Shown here: positions 23,884 to 37,665 of the stretch, one piece after another
Layout: the number at the start of each line of letters is the position of its first letter
How positions within the stretch are numbered: the stretch's first letter is position 1
Origin: Chara braunii
Taxonomy: Eukaryota; Plantae; Charophyceae
DNA: 58,978 nt
Assembly (NCBI GenBank): GCA_003427395.1
Contig: BFEA01000008.1
Coordinates: 5,124,291 to 5,183,268 of the forward strand
Direction: 5' to 3'
Translations under genes and position numbers: made by a program
The notes under the pieces: generated by a model
The model's database searches: none
What the model was told of the DNA's origin: nothing
What the model saw: only the letters and a program-made list of their open reading frames with translations

Positions 23884-25250
23884 CTACACCCACGGATGAA
23901 GGCACATTTCACACACACACACACACACACACACAGAATGCATACACACATGAAAATCGATGAAATAAGTGTTCCGTGTCAGATGACATACAAGTCAGAC
24001 AGATTCGGCCATGAAATGCATGCCACACAGATTCACAGACAACGGAGGACATGCATGTCACATAAATGTGCGACATGTATGCCACACTGCTCATGCGTAA
24101 CAGACACGCGACACATGGGTGTCACCACATCACAACGGCTGTCAGGTGACATATATGTCATGGCAAACGACATCCATGTCACACACAGAAAAAAACGATG
24201 AGTTGGACATATGCAATTTGATCCCTCAACCTGTGTATCAACGGTCAGAGGCACTCACAATTTCGCACCAGGCAGAAGGACACACCCAGCATGACCTTCA
24301 CATTCAAGCAGATATAAAAAAACTAAAAATAAAAATAAAAATAAAATAAAAAAGAAACTCTTGCATAAAAGAAAGCCAACAGCTACCGAGTACTGGAGTG
24401 AACAGACAACAGCTTCTTCAATCAGGAACAATTCCAGCTAAGGCGGAATCAATGTAATCATGAAAGACAAATCAACTTGGTTTCATCTTGCTCCCTCTCT
24501 CTCTCTCTCTCTCTCTCTCCCACCACCACACACACACACACACACATGTAAAGCAAAACAGATTACAATGACCTCCCACACTCACATTTAATGGCGGAAT
24601 GGAGGGAGGGGAGGGAAGCCGCAGTGCCAAATTGTGTAGTTTGTAGGATTTGAGATGATAGTTCTAATCAACAACAGAGAGATATCAACCCCTGCCTACC
24701 TTCTTCCCCCGAATACAACGTACGGTCATTATAGCTGTATTTGAGGCATCTTTCAGTCTAGATACAGCTATAAAGACCATACGTTGTATTCGGGGGAAGA
24801 AGGTAGAGGATTTGTTTTGCACCCTCATGTTGCTTGCCGGAAAAGATTCCGCAGTCGAACAGAAAGGGAGACAATTATAAGCCCACTCGCACTAGGACTT
24901 TACAGGATGATCACACTAGAACTTCCTTGAATGAATCTGTCCGCAATTATGACCCATCAGTCAAGAAAGACCTGTGGAAGTCTGCACTCAGACATAGGTG
25001 TGAGATTCCTCCGACATAGGTGACTGACATCGGCAGAAGTGATCTTTGAGATGCCAGATGTCAGAGATCTCCCTGGCCGTCATCCGCCAAAGTCGTAATG
25101 CGAATGTCATGCCCTTAGAAAAGGGCATTATGCATTTACCCCAGGAGCATGCACTGCTGGGGCAAGTGATGCCCTACTGAAGGGCATTTAACAACACCCG
25201 ACACAGAATAAAATTCACTGAAATCAGTGAAATGGCTGAATCCCCTTACC

Positions 25251-25343
<93 letters not shown>

Positions 25344-25353
25344 NTCTCTCTCT

Positions 25354-25421
<68 letters not shown>

Positions 25422-25537
25422 GTGTGTGTGTGTGCGTGTGTGTGTGTGTGCGTGTGTGTGTGTGTGCGTGTGTCTGCTCGTTGTCTGTGAGTGGTGTGCA
25501 TGTGTGTTCCAAACAATCACCACTGCAACCCCTTTTC

Positions 25538-25598
<61 letters not shown>

Positions 25599-26665
25599 TT
25601 CTGAGGTGAATGTAGATGAAAGGGAAATCCAAGATAACACACAGGTGGGCAAATTTGTCTAGTTACCCTGGTTGGACTGCCTGCGAAGTACTCGTTGAGT
25701 TCAGTCCGGGACCATAGGAGCGGAGACTCTACTGCAAGCTGACCTCTTCCTCTTTGACGATCTAGCTCTCTGATATAGGGATACCAGAAAGACTCCTTGC
25801 CTCTCTTCTTTTCGTACATAAGATAGAGAGCCAGGCACGCAAGTTCCGACAACTTATTTGTCGTGAGCAGCTCCGCTGTTCCACATTACCATCATCAAAA
25901 CCAGACACAAATCAAATCAAATCGCATCAAACCAAATCGACGAAACAAGAGAAGAAACCAACAGCTTCAGAGAAGACACAGATAACACCACCTCAAGGAA
26001 ACAAACAGCCTTTTTTTTTTTTGACAAAACAGATTCAGAATCGGCTGAGCGTACCCAGGACTCGTCCATAATTCCATATTAGTTCCCGTCGACTCCATGA
26101 AACAAACTATAATGAAATCACAAAGTGTCCTAGTCGTACAAGCTACACAACGACCAAAGTTTCGTAAAATGAAATCACAGAGTGTCCGAGTCGTACAAGC
26201 TACAGAACGAGCAAAGTTCCAAACACACCTGGGCACAATAAAATCAGCCATCCACCACTCTCTACATCAATAAGCTTAAAAGAAAATCAAGAACGCAATG
26301 ACAATTAAAAAGAAGAGGGGATCTGCGGTTGGCCGGGAAGGGGGAAAACACAAAAGAGCAGCGATCGCAAGATAGACAGAGAGAAGAAAGCTGCGATGAT
26401 GTTTCTCCTCCTTCCTTGACCACAACATCGTCTGACAATTCACTGTCCCCTCATCAATTTGCTGAATGTTTTTCTTTTCTACGTGCCAACAATTCCAATC
26501 CATCCTCCTTCCAGACATCCGTGCAAAGTGGAACGATACAGACTATTACAGAGCAGATTTTTAGCATGGCCCCTGCGGACGAATGACCCGCATAAATCGA
26601 GAAATGGTGCAAGACTGCAAATTAATTGTCTTTTTTTAAGAGAAAAAAAATCCTGTGCTGTTGTG

Positions 26666-26722
<57 letters not shown>

Positions 26723-28514
26723 AAAACCCAAAAGTTAGGAAGGCATTACCCAAAGCTGTAAAGCTCAAATTCATTTTCCTGTCGAGGGGCCAGACACCTC
26801 AATACCATTTGAGGCAAACGGCCAGGCAACAGATTTTCTTTTTTTTTTTTTTTTTTTTTTTAGGCGACAGAAATTATGACCCTAGAACATATGGGTCCAT
26901 GAGGGTCAGGCCCCACCGGTGCTACGTGACTGTTTCTGTGACCAGGTTCAATGCTTCTTAGCAGAAAGTGCCAGAAACAATGTTCCCTGAAGACTCTGAA
27001 CATAAAATGCTCGATTTCAATAGTCAATACTATGTACAACAAAGGGCTATACAAAGTTGCTATACAAAGTCAACCTCGCAACTAAGTCCACCATGCAACA
27101 AAGTCAGGCTCATGAGAAGGTCAACCTTGTGACAAAGTCAACCTCGCTACCCTGAACATGAAATCCTCAATATCAATACTATGTACAACAAAGGCCTATA
27201 CGAGGTCAACCACGCAACTAAGTCAACCATGCAACAAAAAGGCAGGCTCATGACAAGGTCAACCTTGTGACAAAGTCAACCTTGTGACAAGGCCAACCAC
27301 AACAAAGGGGTATACAAAGTCAACCATGCAACAAAAAGTCACGCTCATGACAAGGTCAACCTTGTGACAAAGTCAACCTTGTGACAAGGCCAGCCACAAC
27401 AAAGGGGTATACAAAGTCAACCTCACAAATAAGCCAACCATGCAATAAAGTCAATCTCGTGACAAGGTCTACCTTGTAACAAAGTCAACCTCGTGACAAG
27501 GTCAACCTCACTGCTCTGAAGTTCTGAACATGAAATCCTCGATATCAATATGCCATGTGGAGCCAAGGGCTATACAAAGTCAACGCGACAACAAAGAACC
27601 TTGCACCTTGGAGTGAAGTCAAGCTTACGACAAAGTCAAGCTTGTGACAAGGTCAATCTTGCGACAAAGGCGGACTTGCAACGAAGTCAACCTTGCAATG
27701 GCCGGTCCTTGGACTAAATAGAATGATGGATCATGGATTCCTTTTATTTTATTTTTTTGTCATGGATACTCAAAATCACTCCATAGATAAGTAATAAGAT
27801 AGTGGCATTTATAAGAAGGATTTCTGGAAAGATGGATTTAGTAAAAAATTTAAAGATCATTGTCAAACATGGCTATCTTCTCTTTTTTGGTCGGTCCCTC
27901 CCCCCCCCTTCCCCCCCCTCTCTTGCCAAGGACGAAATGAACAAACATACAAAAAACTGTCAAAAGGCAGAAGCCGTGGATCGTGGGGGAAGCTCCCGAA
28001 AGTTCGGAGGTAGACGAGTGTTACATCTTCGACGCCACACGGGTCCTACCGGACCCGACTTAGGGCTAGAGGGACACATCAGGGCCTAAAGGCCCGACCT
28101 TGGGGGATAACAGGCCGAAAGGCCACGACTTGGACCCGATTACGGACCAGGCCCAAATGACATTTCGTCTTTGGGCCTGGCGGCGCCGTTTGAGGCTGCC
28201 GCTCTCCGGTTGGACCTGAATCGTCGATCTGGACGGTTCAGCCCCAACCAAGGCCTCGCAGCAGTGAGGCCGGTCCTCTTCGAACCAGTACTTAGTACTG
28301 GTCCGGCCTCACTTCGAAGGCATCGACCTACTGGCATTCTACCGGTACGGTATGGTACAGCGCAATACAGCGCTGGCGCTAAGTTTAGCGCAGGAGCAGC
28401 GAGGAGCACAGCAGCAGCGAGCGAGCAGCAGCAGCGGCGACTGAGTGTGCCGGCGGCCATAGCCGCCTGAGGTATCGGGAGTTGGAGGCCTCTCTCCTCC
28501 CTCCCCTCGCCAGT

Positions 28515-28605
<91 letters not shown>

Positions 28606-28615
28606 NNNNNNNNNN

Positions 28616-28664
<49 letters not shown>

Positions 28665-31013
28665 CTCGGCTCCTTCTTCTTCTTCTTCTTCTTCTTCTTC
28701 TTCTTCTCCCCTTCAGACTCCATCTTCTTCTTCTTCTTCTTCTTCAGATTGGAGACTTATACTAGTCGGACAGAGATCAGTGTTGGACTTCGGTGGTATG
28801 AGACTGTGGTACTTACCGGACTGGAGACTTGGAGATTGTTGGGGTTGATACTTGGCGGCATCACAGTTCGGACACCGGTTACATTTGGGCTCTGTATCTC
28901 CGACATTGGTGACTGATTGTCCTCGACATTTTGATCTTGTTGGATGACATTTTGGACTACCATATCGGTGACCTATCGGATTCTATTTCGGTGACCTACC
29001 GGTGCTGTCTACCTCCCCCACCTCCTTCGTCTCTCCTCCCACCTTTCATCTGTGTATGAGTGTACGGGATCTGGGCATCGTCCATGCTTGGCCCAGACCC
29101 CACCATCTCACGATTGTATGTGTGTGGAGTGATTCTTGAGTCAGTCTATGTGAGTCAGTCCATTTATCAGACTTCTGCTGCATATATGCTCATCCTACAT
29201 TGGTTGATCTTTGGTTCTGCCCATACTCATTGAAGTATGTAACAACCAGTACTTGTCGAAAATAGGCTCGGAGGTACTAGTGGTTTACGGGACGAAAAAG
29301 TTAGAAAACAGTTGAGCAGTGTCATCTGACAGGGACACTCTCCACCCTCCATTGCCAAGGAAAGAAAAAAACAAAAAAAAAACAAGAAAAAAAAAAAAAC
29401 AGCAAGGGCATTTGAGAGTGAAAATCATCATACCAGTCTGTCATCCTCTTCGACTGTGGTCTTGTATTCTCCGAGCCGCTGCTTCAAAAACTCCGATAAT
29501 TGGGTTACCACAGCTCTATCATTACATTCACTCACTCTGTTTTCCACCTGAAGAAATAAACACACATTCTATCATTACATTCACTCACTCTGTTTTCCAC
29601 CTGAAGAAATAAACACACATTGGACAGAAAACTTAGAAAAGGACTCAGTTGGTACACCCACAGTACACCCACAAACTGTTGAAAAGCAGACGGGAATTCG
29701 AACCCAGATGGAACCAGACGAACGAAATTCTTGAATTACCCCCTAGGGCTGGTCAGTTTCACGCCGATATCTCAAGGCTGTCACCCGTTTCAAAAAGAAG
29801 GGGAGAAATAAAGGAGTTTTAGTCCTTAGATTTAATCATATACAAATCTAGGAAGAAAATCCATGCGCCCAGGCCTAGGTAATTTAAAAAAGGGGTTTAA
29901 GAGGGGCGAAATCCAAGGTGTGTGTCTGGCCACCAAGTGGTGCCCAGACACACAACCAGTTGCCTGACCGGGCATGATCCCCGGGAAGAAAAAAAAAAGA
30001 TAAAAAAAGTTTAAAAAACAATTCTGGGAAAAAAATATGTTGTGTAGAATTGCAATCCAAAATTCCACATGACTTTTGGCTGATGGCCACCTTCAAATTC
30101 CTTGATGAATTGAACATAGAAAAGACAACAATGAAATCAGCCTGAGGCACCTCCCTTTAAACCCCTTTACTGCCCCCCTTTAAAGTTTAAACTTTAAACC
30201 CAATTTATACCTGCCTGTACCCCCTTGACGAACAACACTGAAAAAAGAAAGACCCGGATTTGAGCTCCTATTGGCAAGCGCAGAAGAACACCACCACCAA
30301 AACGAAAAAGGAAAAAGAAAAGAGACATTTTCGCACACCTGCGTAGCCCGGGCAGCAGACCGCCCCAGACATGACACACCAGCCGCCACCAGGAGGGAAA
30401 CAGTGTCCCTAGATATGAACTTGCAGTCTTGTAGGAGTAATACAAACCCATGCCCCTTCAGTTCGTCATCGGTGACACCATGCATGCATCTCCATGCGCT
30501 ATTTGTACAGAGGAGAGCGATCATGAGTTCACGATGAATTGCTTTGTTTGACTCGATTGTCCCAATTTGGAGTTAGAGAAAAACACAATCCCACTATTAA
30601 TCCACCAGTAGCGCTGAGCCTCTTTTTCACAACACAGATTTCTGCTGTGTGCCGAGTTACAGTACTCAGAGAGCCGAAAGGTGCAGTGTGCATTGACAGC
30701 CACGTTGGAACAAAACAGCTGGGAAACAAAATAGCTGGGAAAATTCAAAATTACTGGTGGTTTTAAGGATTGGCTGATTTGGGTTTCTAATACGTTTTTT
30801 AATCAGGATTGGCTAATTTGGGTGTCATCAAAATTCAAAATTGGCTAATTTGGCTTCAACCAGGGTTGGCCAAGCCTGATTCTCCTGTCTTCTAGAACAG
30901 ATCTGGACTTGAGCCGTAGACCAAAGCGAAACGTGGTGGACCCTGCGCAGTGAGACAGAATGATGACGTGTGGGAACAGGTTTGGCAGCCAAAAAATGAG
31001 TTTGTGAGGGAGA

Positions 31014-31088
<75 letters not shown>

Positions 31089-31109
31089 NNNNNNNNNNNN
31101 NNNNNNNNN

Positions 31110-31153
<44 letters not shown>

Positions 31154-34100
31154 GTTTTTGTGTATGTTTTTTCTTTCTTCAAGTTTCTTGTACTTTTCTA
31201 AGAACTTTTGGGGCCCCTAGCTGAGCACCCTCAAGCAGTGCCAAACAGTTGGTCATTCCTCGTTCGGAGTGCCTGCAACACTCTTAGGGGGGCCGCTCAG
31301 TTCGGGATGTCTGTGTCTTCTGCGGGTGATGACGGATGTTCGTCTGAGTGATTTCCTGCCTCAGAGGGTGGTGGGAACCCACAGTCAGTGGGGTTAACTC
31401 ATGATGTGAGTAGGTCATGAGCCGCTTTGCTCCGTGTTGGATGCTTAGACTGTCTTGTCTGCGCCACCGCTGCCTTGCTGCCCGTCCCGCTTGCTACACA
31501 AGTCTCCTCGCTGCTCTGCTGCCTTGCCGCCGACCCGCATGCCGTGCCTTCCGTGTCCATAATGCAGCTGTCTTTGGCGCTATGCAGTTAAGCTGCTTCG
31601 GCAGCGTTGCCTGGTGCTTCGCTGAGTTACGGCTTGCTGCTATGTTCCGCTTGTGTGCCTTACTCCTGTGCTGCCTTACTGCCCATCTGCATGCTGTGCC
31701 TTCAGCGTCCTGGAGTCGTCTTTGGCAATATGCAGTTGAGCTGCTCCTGCAGCGTTGCCTGGTGCTTCGCTGAGTTGTTGCGAAAGGCCTTCCACGATTC
31801 AGACCCAAATTCGGACTTCAGGGTCAGATGCCCAGGTCAAGAAAAGGCCGAGTTCGTCAAACTCAGAAAAGTCACAATCGGGTACCTCAGCAGTGTGGTC
31901 CAACAGGCACCCAGCAAACAGTCACGTCTCAAGGACAAGAGTCACGTCTCATAATAAAAACCATTCAGAAGAGTCACATCCCACGACTGAAAAGGCAGAT
32001 TCACCAAGCAAGAGTCATGTCTCAAAGGTAGGAGTCACGTTTCCTAATGAGAAGTCATATTGAAGAGACACATCCCACGAGTAAAAGGTAGAATCACAGG
32101 CAAAGGTCGTGACCCACAGGCAGGAGTCACTGTTCACAGTCAAAAGTCAGGTTCACAAGTGAAAAGTGACGACTCAAAGGCCCAAGCAGCAGCAGTCCAA
32201 TGGACATTCGGGAAGGTTCCAGGCCTTGACATTCAGTAGCAGACAGGCCGTGGGGATGTGGTACCGGAACCAGTCAGGACCCAAGAAACAGAGGCTGGCA
32301 CGAGTTGAAGTGCAAACCAAGACTACAAAAGGACTTGCCAACCTCACATTCAGGGAGATTGCTCATTCGCAAAGAGTGTGGAAGTGCTGGTGCACTTGTG
32401 CGCTATTGTGAGGGGCAGAGTGCTTAAGCCAGAGTGCTGCGCAAAGAGGGAGAGAGAGAGAGAGGAAGACAGCCCTGGCAGAGAGAAGGCAGCCATAGCT
32501 GCGCCAGCACAGGGTGTTAGTGTTAGTATTTAGTAGTAGTCTTCAGAGAGTTAGTAGAGTTAACAGTGGGTGTATTCCGAGTAGATCTTTGAAGGGTAGA
32601 AGTCGGTGTGCATGTGCATGCATGTAGGGAGAGAAGATACAGCGAGATCAGGAGCTAGAGAGAAGACCAGCAAGGAGGGTGATACAACTAAGAGAAAGAA
32701 GAGCAGGGAGGAAGGCGAAACTTACCTGGGTGATCATGTTGGATTATTGGATACCTCTGACATGCGCTGATGTGCGTTGGTGACTCGGAACTCTTATTGC
32801 TCTTGTATAACTTGTTGGAATTCATAAGCTGCGTTATTCTGGTCTTAATCTCTCTGGTCTTCAGTGTGAACTCCGTGTGATCTCGTATATGCATGAAGTG
32901 TGAATATGTGCATTCACTAGTGTTGAACTAGAAGGTTCATTGCAGTTGCCCCGCTGCTGTGTTCCGCTTGTGGACAGTCTGCCTTTCAAGGTTCATTGCA
33001 GTTGCCCAGCTGCTGTGTTCCGCTTGTGGACAGTCTGCCTTTCAACAAGGGGATCAAAGGGTTCATGACCCAAACCATCAATACGAAGATTCTGCAGATT
33101 GTCGAGGGTTCAGCCTCCTGATGAGTCGGTGCAACTGCGACGAAACAATCTATCATCATCCAGTGCTGGGCCGGCAACCGGCCGGTTGAGCTAACCCGGT
33201 CCAACCGGAGCCGGACCAGACCAAGGGGGGTGAACCGGGAAACCGGTTTTGAAAAAAAAGTGCCCAAATATCTTTTTTTTCTGGGGGGGGGGGGCAGATT
33301 CCGACTGCGCTCTTCAAGAGCTGTCCGAATCCGCAATAAAATTTTCAAGGTACAACACTTTTCAGGGGGCTTCCAGAGGGGGGCAGGGGGTTATTATTGA
33401 CATATTCAGGCAACTATGGCTTCCTCGGGGAGGGGTCAAGTAAGCAAGTTCACTAATCCGACCCCCCCGGTGGCTGGAGCACTTCGTGGAGTATGTCATT
33501 TGATATTGATAATACCCCACGAGCTGAACCAGATATGATGAGAGGAGGTCCTTGCCCGAAATTATAGCTCTTCCAGAGTATATTTCGACAGCAGAAAAGT
33601 TATGGTTCCAGCTTTCTGCTCGTGGAGGCAGAGCGTTTTCCGTTTGTTGGTTCCTACATAAGATGAGTTGTCAGTCCGGAAGTATCTTGCCTGGCAGTCT
33701 GTCCAGATACATGTAGTGGAGCAAGGTCCATTCGAGATAGATAGAGAGAAGAATATGGGCCTCGCTGCACTACTCTCGAAATGTGCAAAACGAGAGTGAA
33801 TCTTCCNCTAGAATTCGGAAAGATACACCGCCAAGATTTTTGCCTTTTGTGCATGTCGAGAGTAGTGCAGNGANGCCCTATAGCTTAGGTCCATTCTTGG
33901 GATTGCACCTCGGACGGCTCTGAAATCACAATTCCAAAATCCGAACCCATAACTTTTTCCACAGATGGCAGGGACGTCGCAGAAGGATATAATCTCAGCA
34001 GAGTCTCATCAGAAGCATAGTGTTCCCCTCGTAGCTGAGGGTGAAAGAGCATCAGATGTTGCCACTGGTAACTGGTCCATTGGACCACAAGATGACAAAT

Positions 34101-35914
34101 TGGATTAGGCCCATTAGGGGCCGGAAGACCCACATCTTAGGAAAAATGCATGGCTGTTCTCCGCTGCTGATCTGCACAGATCAGCGGCGGATATCCTCTG
34201 CCTGTTTTTCTTATAGAAATGGGGTCCTGGCCGATCTTTGCCGCTGATCTGCGACGATCGGCGGCCAAGATTGGCCACTTTCTGTACTTGAAAAATCCGG
34301 GCCTACAGGACCCGGTTTCGAAATTGCGGGGCACGGCCCGCCCCCACGACGCCTCGGGAACACATACGCGCCGACAAAAAAAAAAAATTCAGCCCCCAGC
34401 AAAAATGCGCTGGGGGCAACCGGGAGGGAACTGGCCCGGGCCACCGGCCGGTCCAACCGGGAGGACCGCGAATGGGGTAGGGGTCCCCGGTCCATCCGGG
34501 GACCAGCCCTGCCATCATCAGCTTTTATTTTTGTCGGTCTTTCGATTTTTTTGGGACCTGTATTTTTTTCTGGTTTGCCTGTTTGGTGTGCTTGGATGTT
34601 GTCGGCCTTCCCTCCTCCCCCCGTGCCCTCCAGCCTATGGTTCACCTCACTGCTCTTTTGCCTTCATGTCTCTTCGCTTGCTTGGTTTTGGCTGCCTTGA
34701 TGCTTTTCTTGTCTGCCTGGCCTTGGCATCCTGTTGAGACTGGTTTCTTTGGTTTGCCTGCTTGGTGTCTTTGCGCGTTGTCTGCCCTCCCGCCTCCCCC
34801 ATGCCCTCAAGCCTATATGTCTGGAACTTTGGACAGCTGGTCATGGATAACCACGTACGTATGTACGAGGTAGCTCGCTTCATGAGTAGTAATGGTAGAG
34901 TCGCAACATACAGCGTTACTTTGGTTACGGCAGGGTGGTGTGTACCATGGGTTCCTTCGGTGCATGGTGAGTACACCATGGGATGACATTGGACACGCGG
35001 TCACACACCCAAAAAAGACAAAAACAAACAGAGAGATCATCTGAGAATGAACCTATGTAAGAAGAGTTGGTGATTGCTGACTTACCGTTCCTGTTGCCGT
35101 AAATGGGAATGCATCTAACTCATTTTCATCAGTAATGTGAGCAAGGCGCAGGTAGGGAAGCATGTCCAAGACCGCCTCCCTCTCCTTGCCACGATAAATC
35201 TGCAGATGAAAACAATTGGACCAACCAAGGAACGCATAGTAAGTCATCACAGATTCACAATCACTCAATGCAGTTACAAGACGTAGACTCCTCTGTGTTT
35301 GTGCTTGCTTATTCTGCATGAGCATGAAGCAGCAATCCAACAATGAATTCTTGAACATTGTAGGTTAAAAAACAGCCACCAAGAGACAGAAACAAACCCT
35401 TCATCAAACAGTAATTCAACTTAATAGTTAGAAAATTAAGATTCTGCACAAACGACTCAGGGAGTCACTTTCACGGAGGTCTGTGATGACCAAGAAAAAC
35501 AGAGAGACGCACAGGCATCCAGAATACAGAAGCCCCGCTAACAGCATTGCATGCACTCGTAACGAGGACGGACTTACTATATGGCACATCTTGAGGGTGC
35601 TGCACGTAGACATTGAGGAGAACATGGGAGGAGGCCAGACCGTGCACAAAATGGACAACACAAACAACATACTTGAAATGAGGGCAAGAAAGGAAATAGA
35701 GAATATGAGTGTGTGCTGTCATTGTTCGTTACACACAAATACACACAAAAAAAAAAGGCAGGGATGTGCCCGACTCATCAGAAGGTTGAACCCTGGCAGT
35801 CTAAGTACGATGCATTTGACTAACGGATAAGGATTACCCATGTTACCCACAGTTAGCGATATACCCGTGAGAAAAGTGCTAGACTTTACTCACACCAACC
35901 CATGTGGGGGGGGC

Positions 35915-36000
<86 letters not shown>

Positions 36001-36001
36001 N

Positions 36002-36090
<89 letters not shown>

Positions 36091-36157
36091 AATAGACAGA
36101 CAGACAAAGAGAGCGGGAGAGAGAGGGAGAGAGAGGGAGAGAGAGGGAGAGAGAGGG

Positions 36158-36193
<36 letters not shown>

Positions 36194-37427
36194 CCCGCTG
36201 TCTGCCGTGGGTGAGGATGTGCAATCACATAACAAACACCTTTGTGGAGGAAAAGGGGGAGGAGGAGGAGATGCATGCATTCTAAACTTGAAGAAGATGA
36301 CGACAGGAGTGAACACCAGGACTTCTCACTCAACTTGATACACATGCAGGACAATGCGCTTTCACAATGGACCAGAGGGTGTCTCGTTTGCCTTTCAAAT
36401 GCCTCTGAGATGAGATATATGGCGGTGACAAAAAGACAGCCAGTGATCTTTACAGGGATGCCCTACCAAAAACTGAAGGAGGAGGAGGAGGAGGAGGAGA
36501 AGCATGAAGGGGAAGTTGAAATCCTTACAGGGATGCCCTACCAAAAACTGCTGCTTGGTGAACCGATCACTCTTCTGCACTATCGCCCGCTTCTTCTGGT
36601 AGAGAGGGTCCTCCGTATTGAGAGCAGCCTGCGAGGAATCCGCAACCATCATCCCAGCATACAAGGATGTGATTCAATATCAGACAGGCATCCTTTTTTC
36701 TTTTCCTCTTTTTCATTTTTTTTTCTTTTTGAAGCTTGAACCACATTTAGCAAACGAAATGACATTTAAACATTTTCAAAAGGTGTCATGTCAATAAGAC
36801 ACCGACAGCTACAACCCCGTCAGCCACGTCATGCAGATTAATAGATTATCCTTTTTAATAAGTTTTATTTAATTTCAGACTTTTCAGTACCATTACTTTA
36901 TTTCCTCATGGCCCTGCTCCTTCCATTCTGGAGAGCGACAGTCCGGTTCCCAGGCTCTTTTTTTTCCTCCTTACCATTTTTTTTAATTTCATTTTAACTA
37001 CAGCTGCTTTCTCCTCATACATGGGGGACAGATGTATTTTAACGGCAAGTCAAAAATGACGTATGATAAAACACCTTGACGCTTCCCCATGTCACGCCCG
37101 GGGGAATCCTGACAACATTGATTACTTCTTCACGGGAGGATTGACGACTGTTTGTTAAGCCCAAGCCCTGTAATAAACCCCCCTCCCCTGACCACACTCT
37201 CTCCCTTAAGAAACATTCCTGAATAAACATCCTTGAGCATCCCTCTCAGTCCTCCTTCAGTGTGACTACCAGATAAACCCCCAACCCTAGAATGCCCTTC
37301 GCTTGATGGCGCAGATGAACTTGTGAACGATGCATGCTAGTAGGTACAAAAGCAGAACAATGACACCTCCACACATCAAATTCATTCACGCAGAAACAAA
37401 CATAAGCCTTGTTCATACTTTGATAGC

Positions 37428-37517
<90 letters not shown>

Positions 37518-37583
37518 CCTCGACACATCAAATTCATTCACGCAGAAACAAACACAAGCCTTGTTCATACTTTGATAGCATCA

Positions 37584-37665
<82 letters not shown>

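Larger units (their letters stand above)
31150..34830 (+). mobile_element. Hammerhead-containing repeat, copy C, split by two nested insertions
   Basis: Starts after (CA)n. Homologous to copies A/B at 31220-31778, 32945-33160 and 34512-34830. Confidence 0.7.

Noticed and set aside
30338-30430. Exon-like segment [30 protein letters not shown] with AG/GT borders
   Set aside because: Not needed for the LSMT-family alignment (exons 9 and 10 join cleanly) and no recognisable homology.
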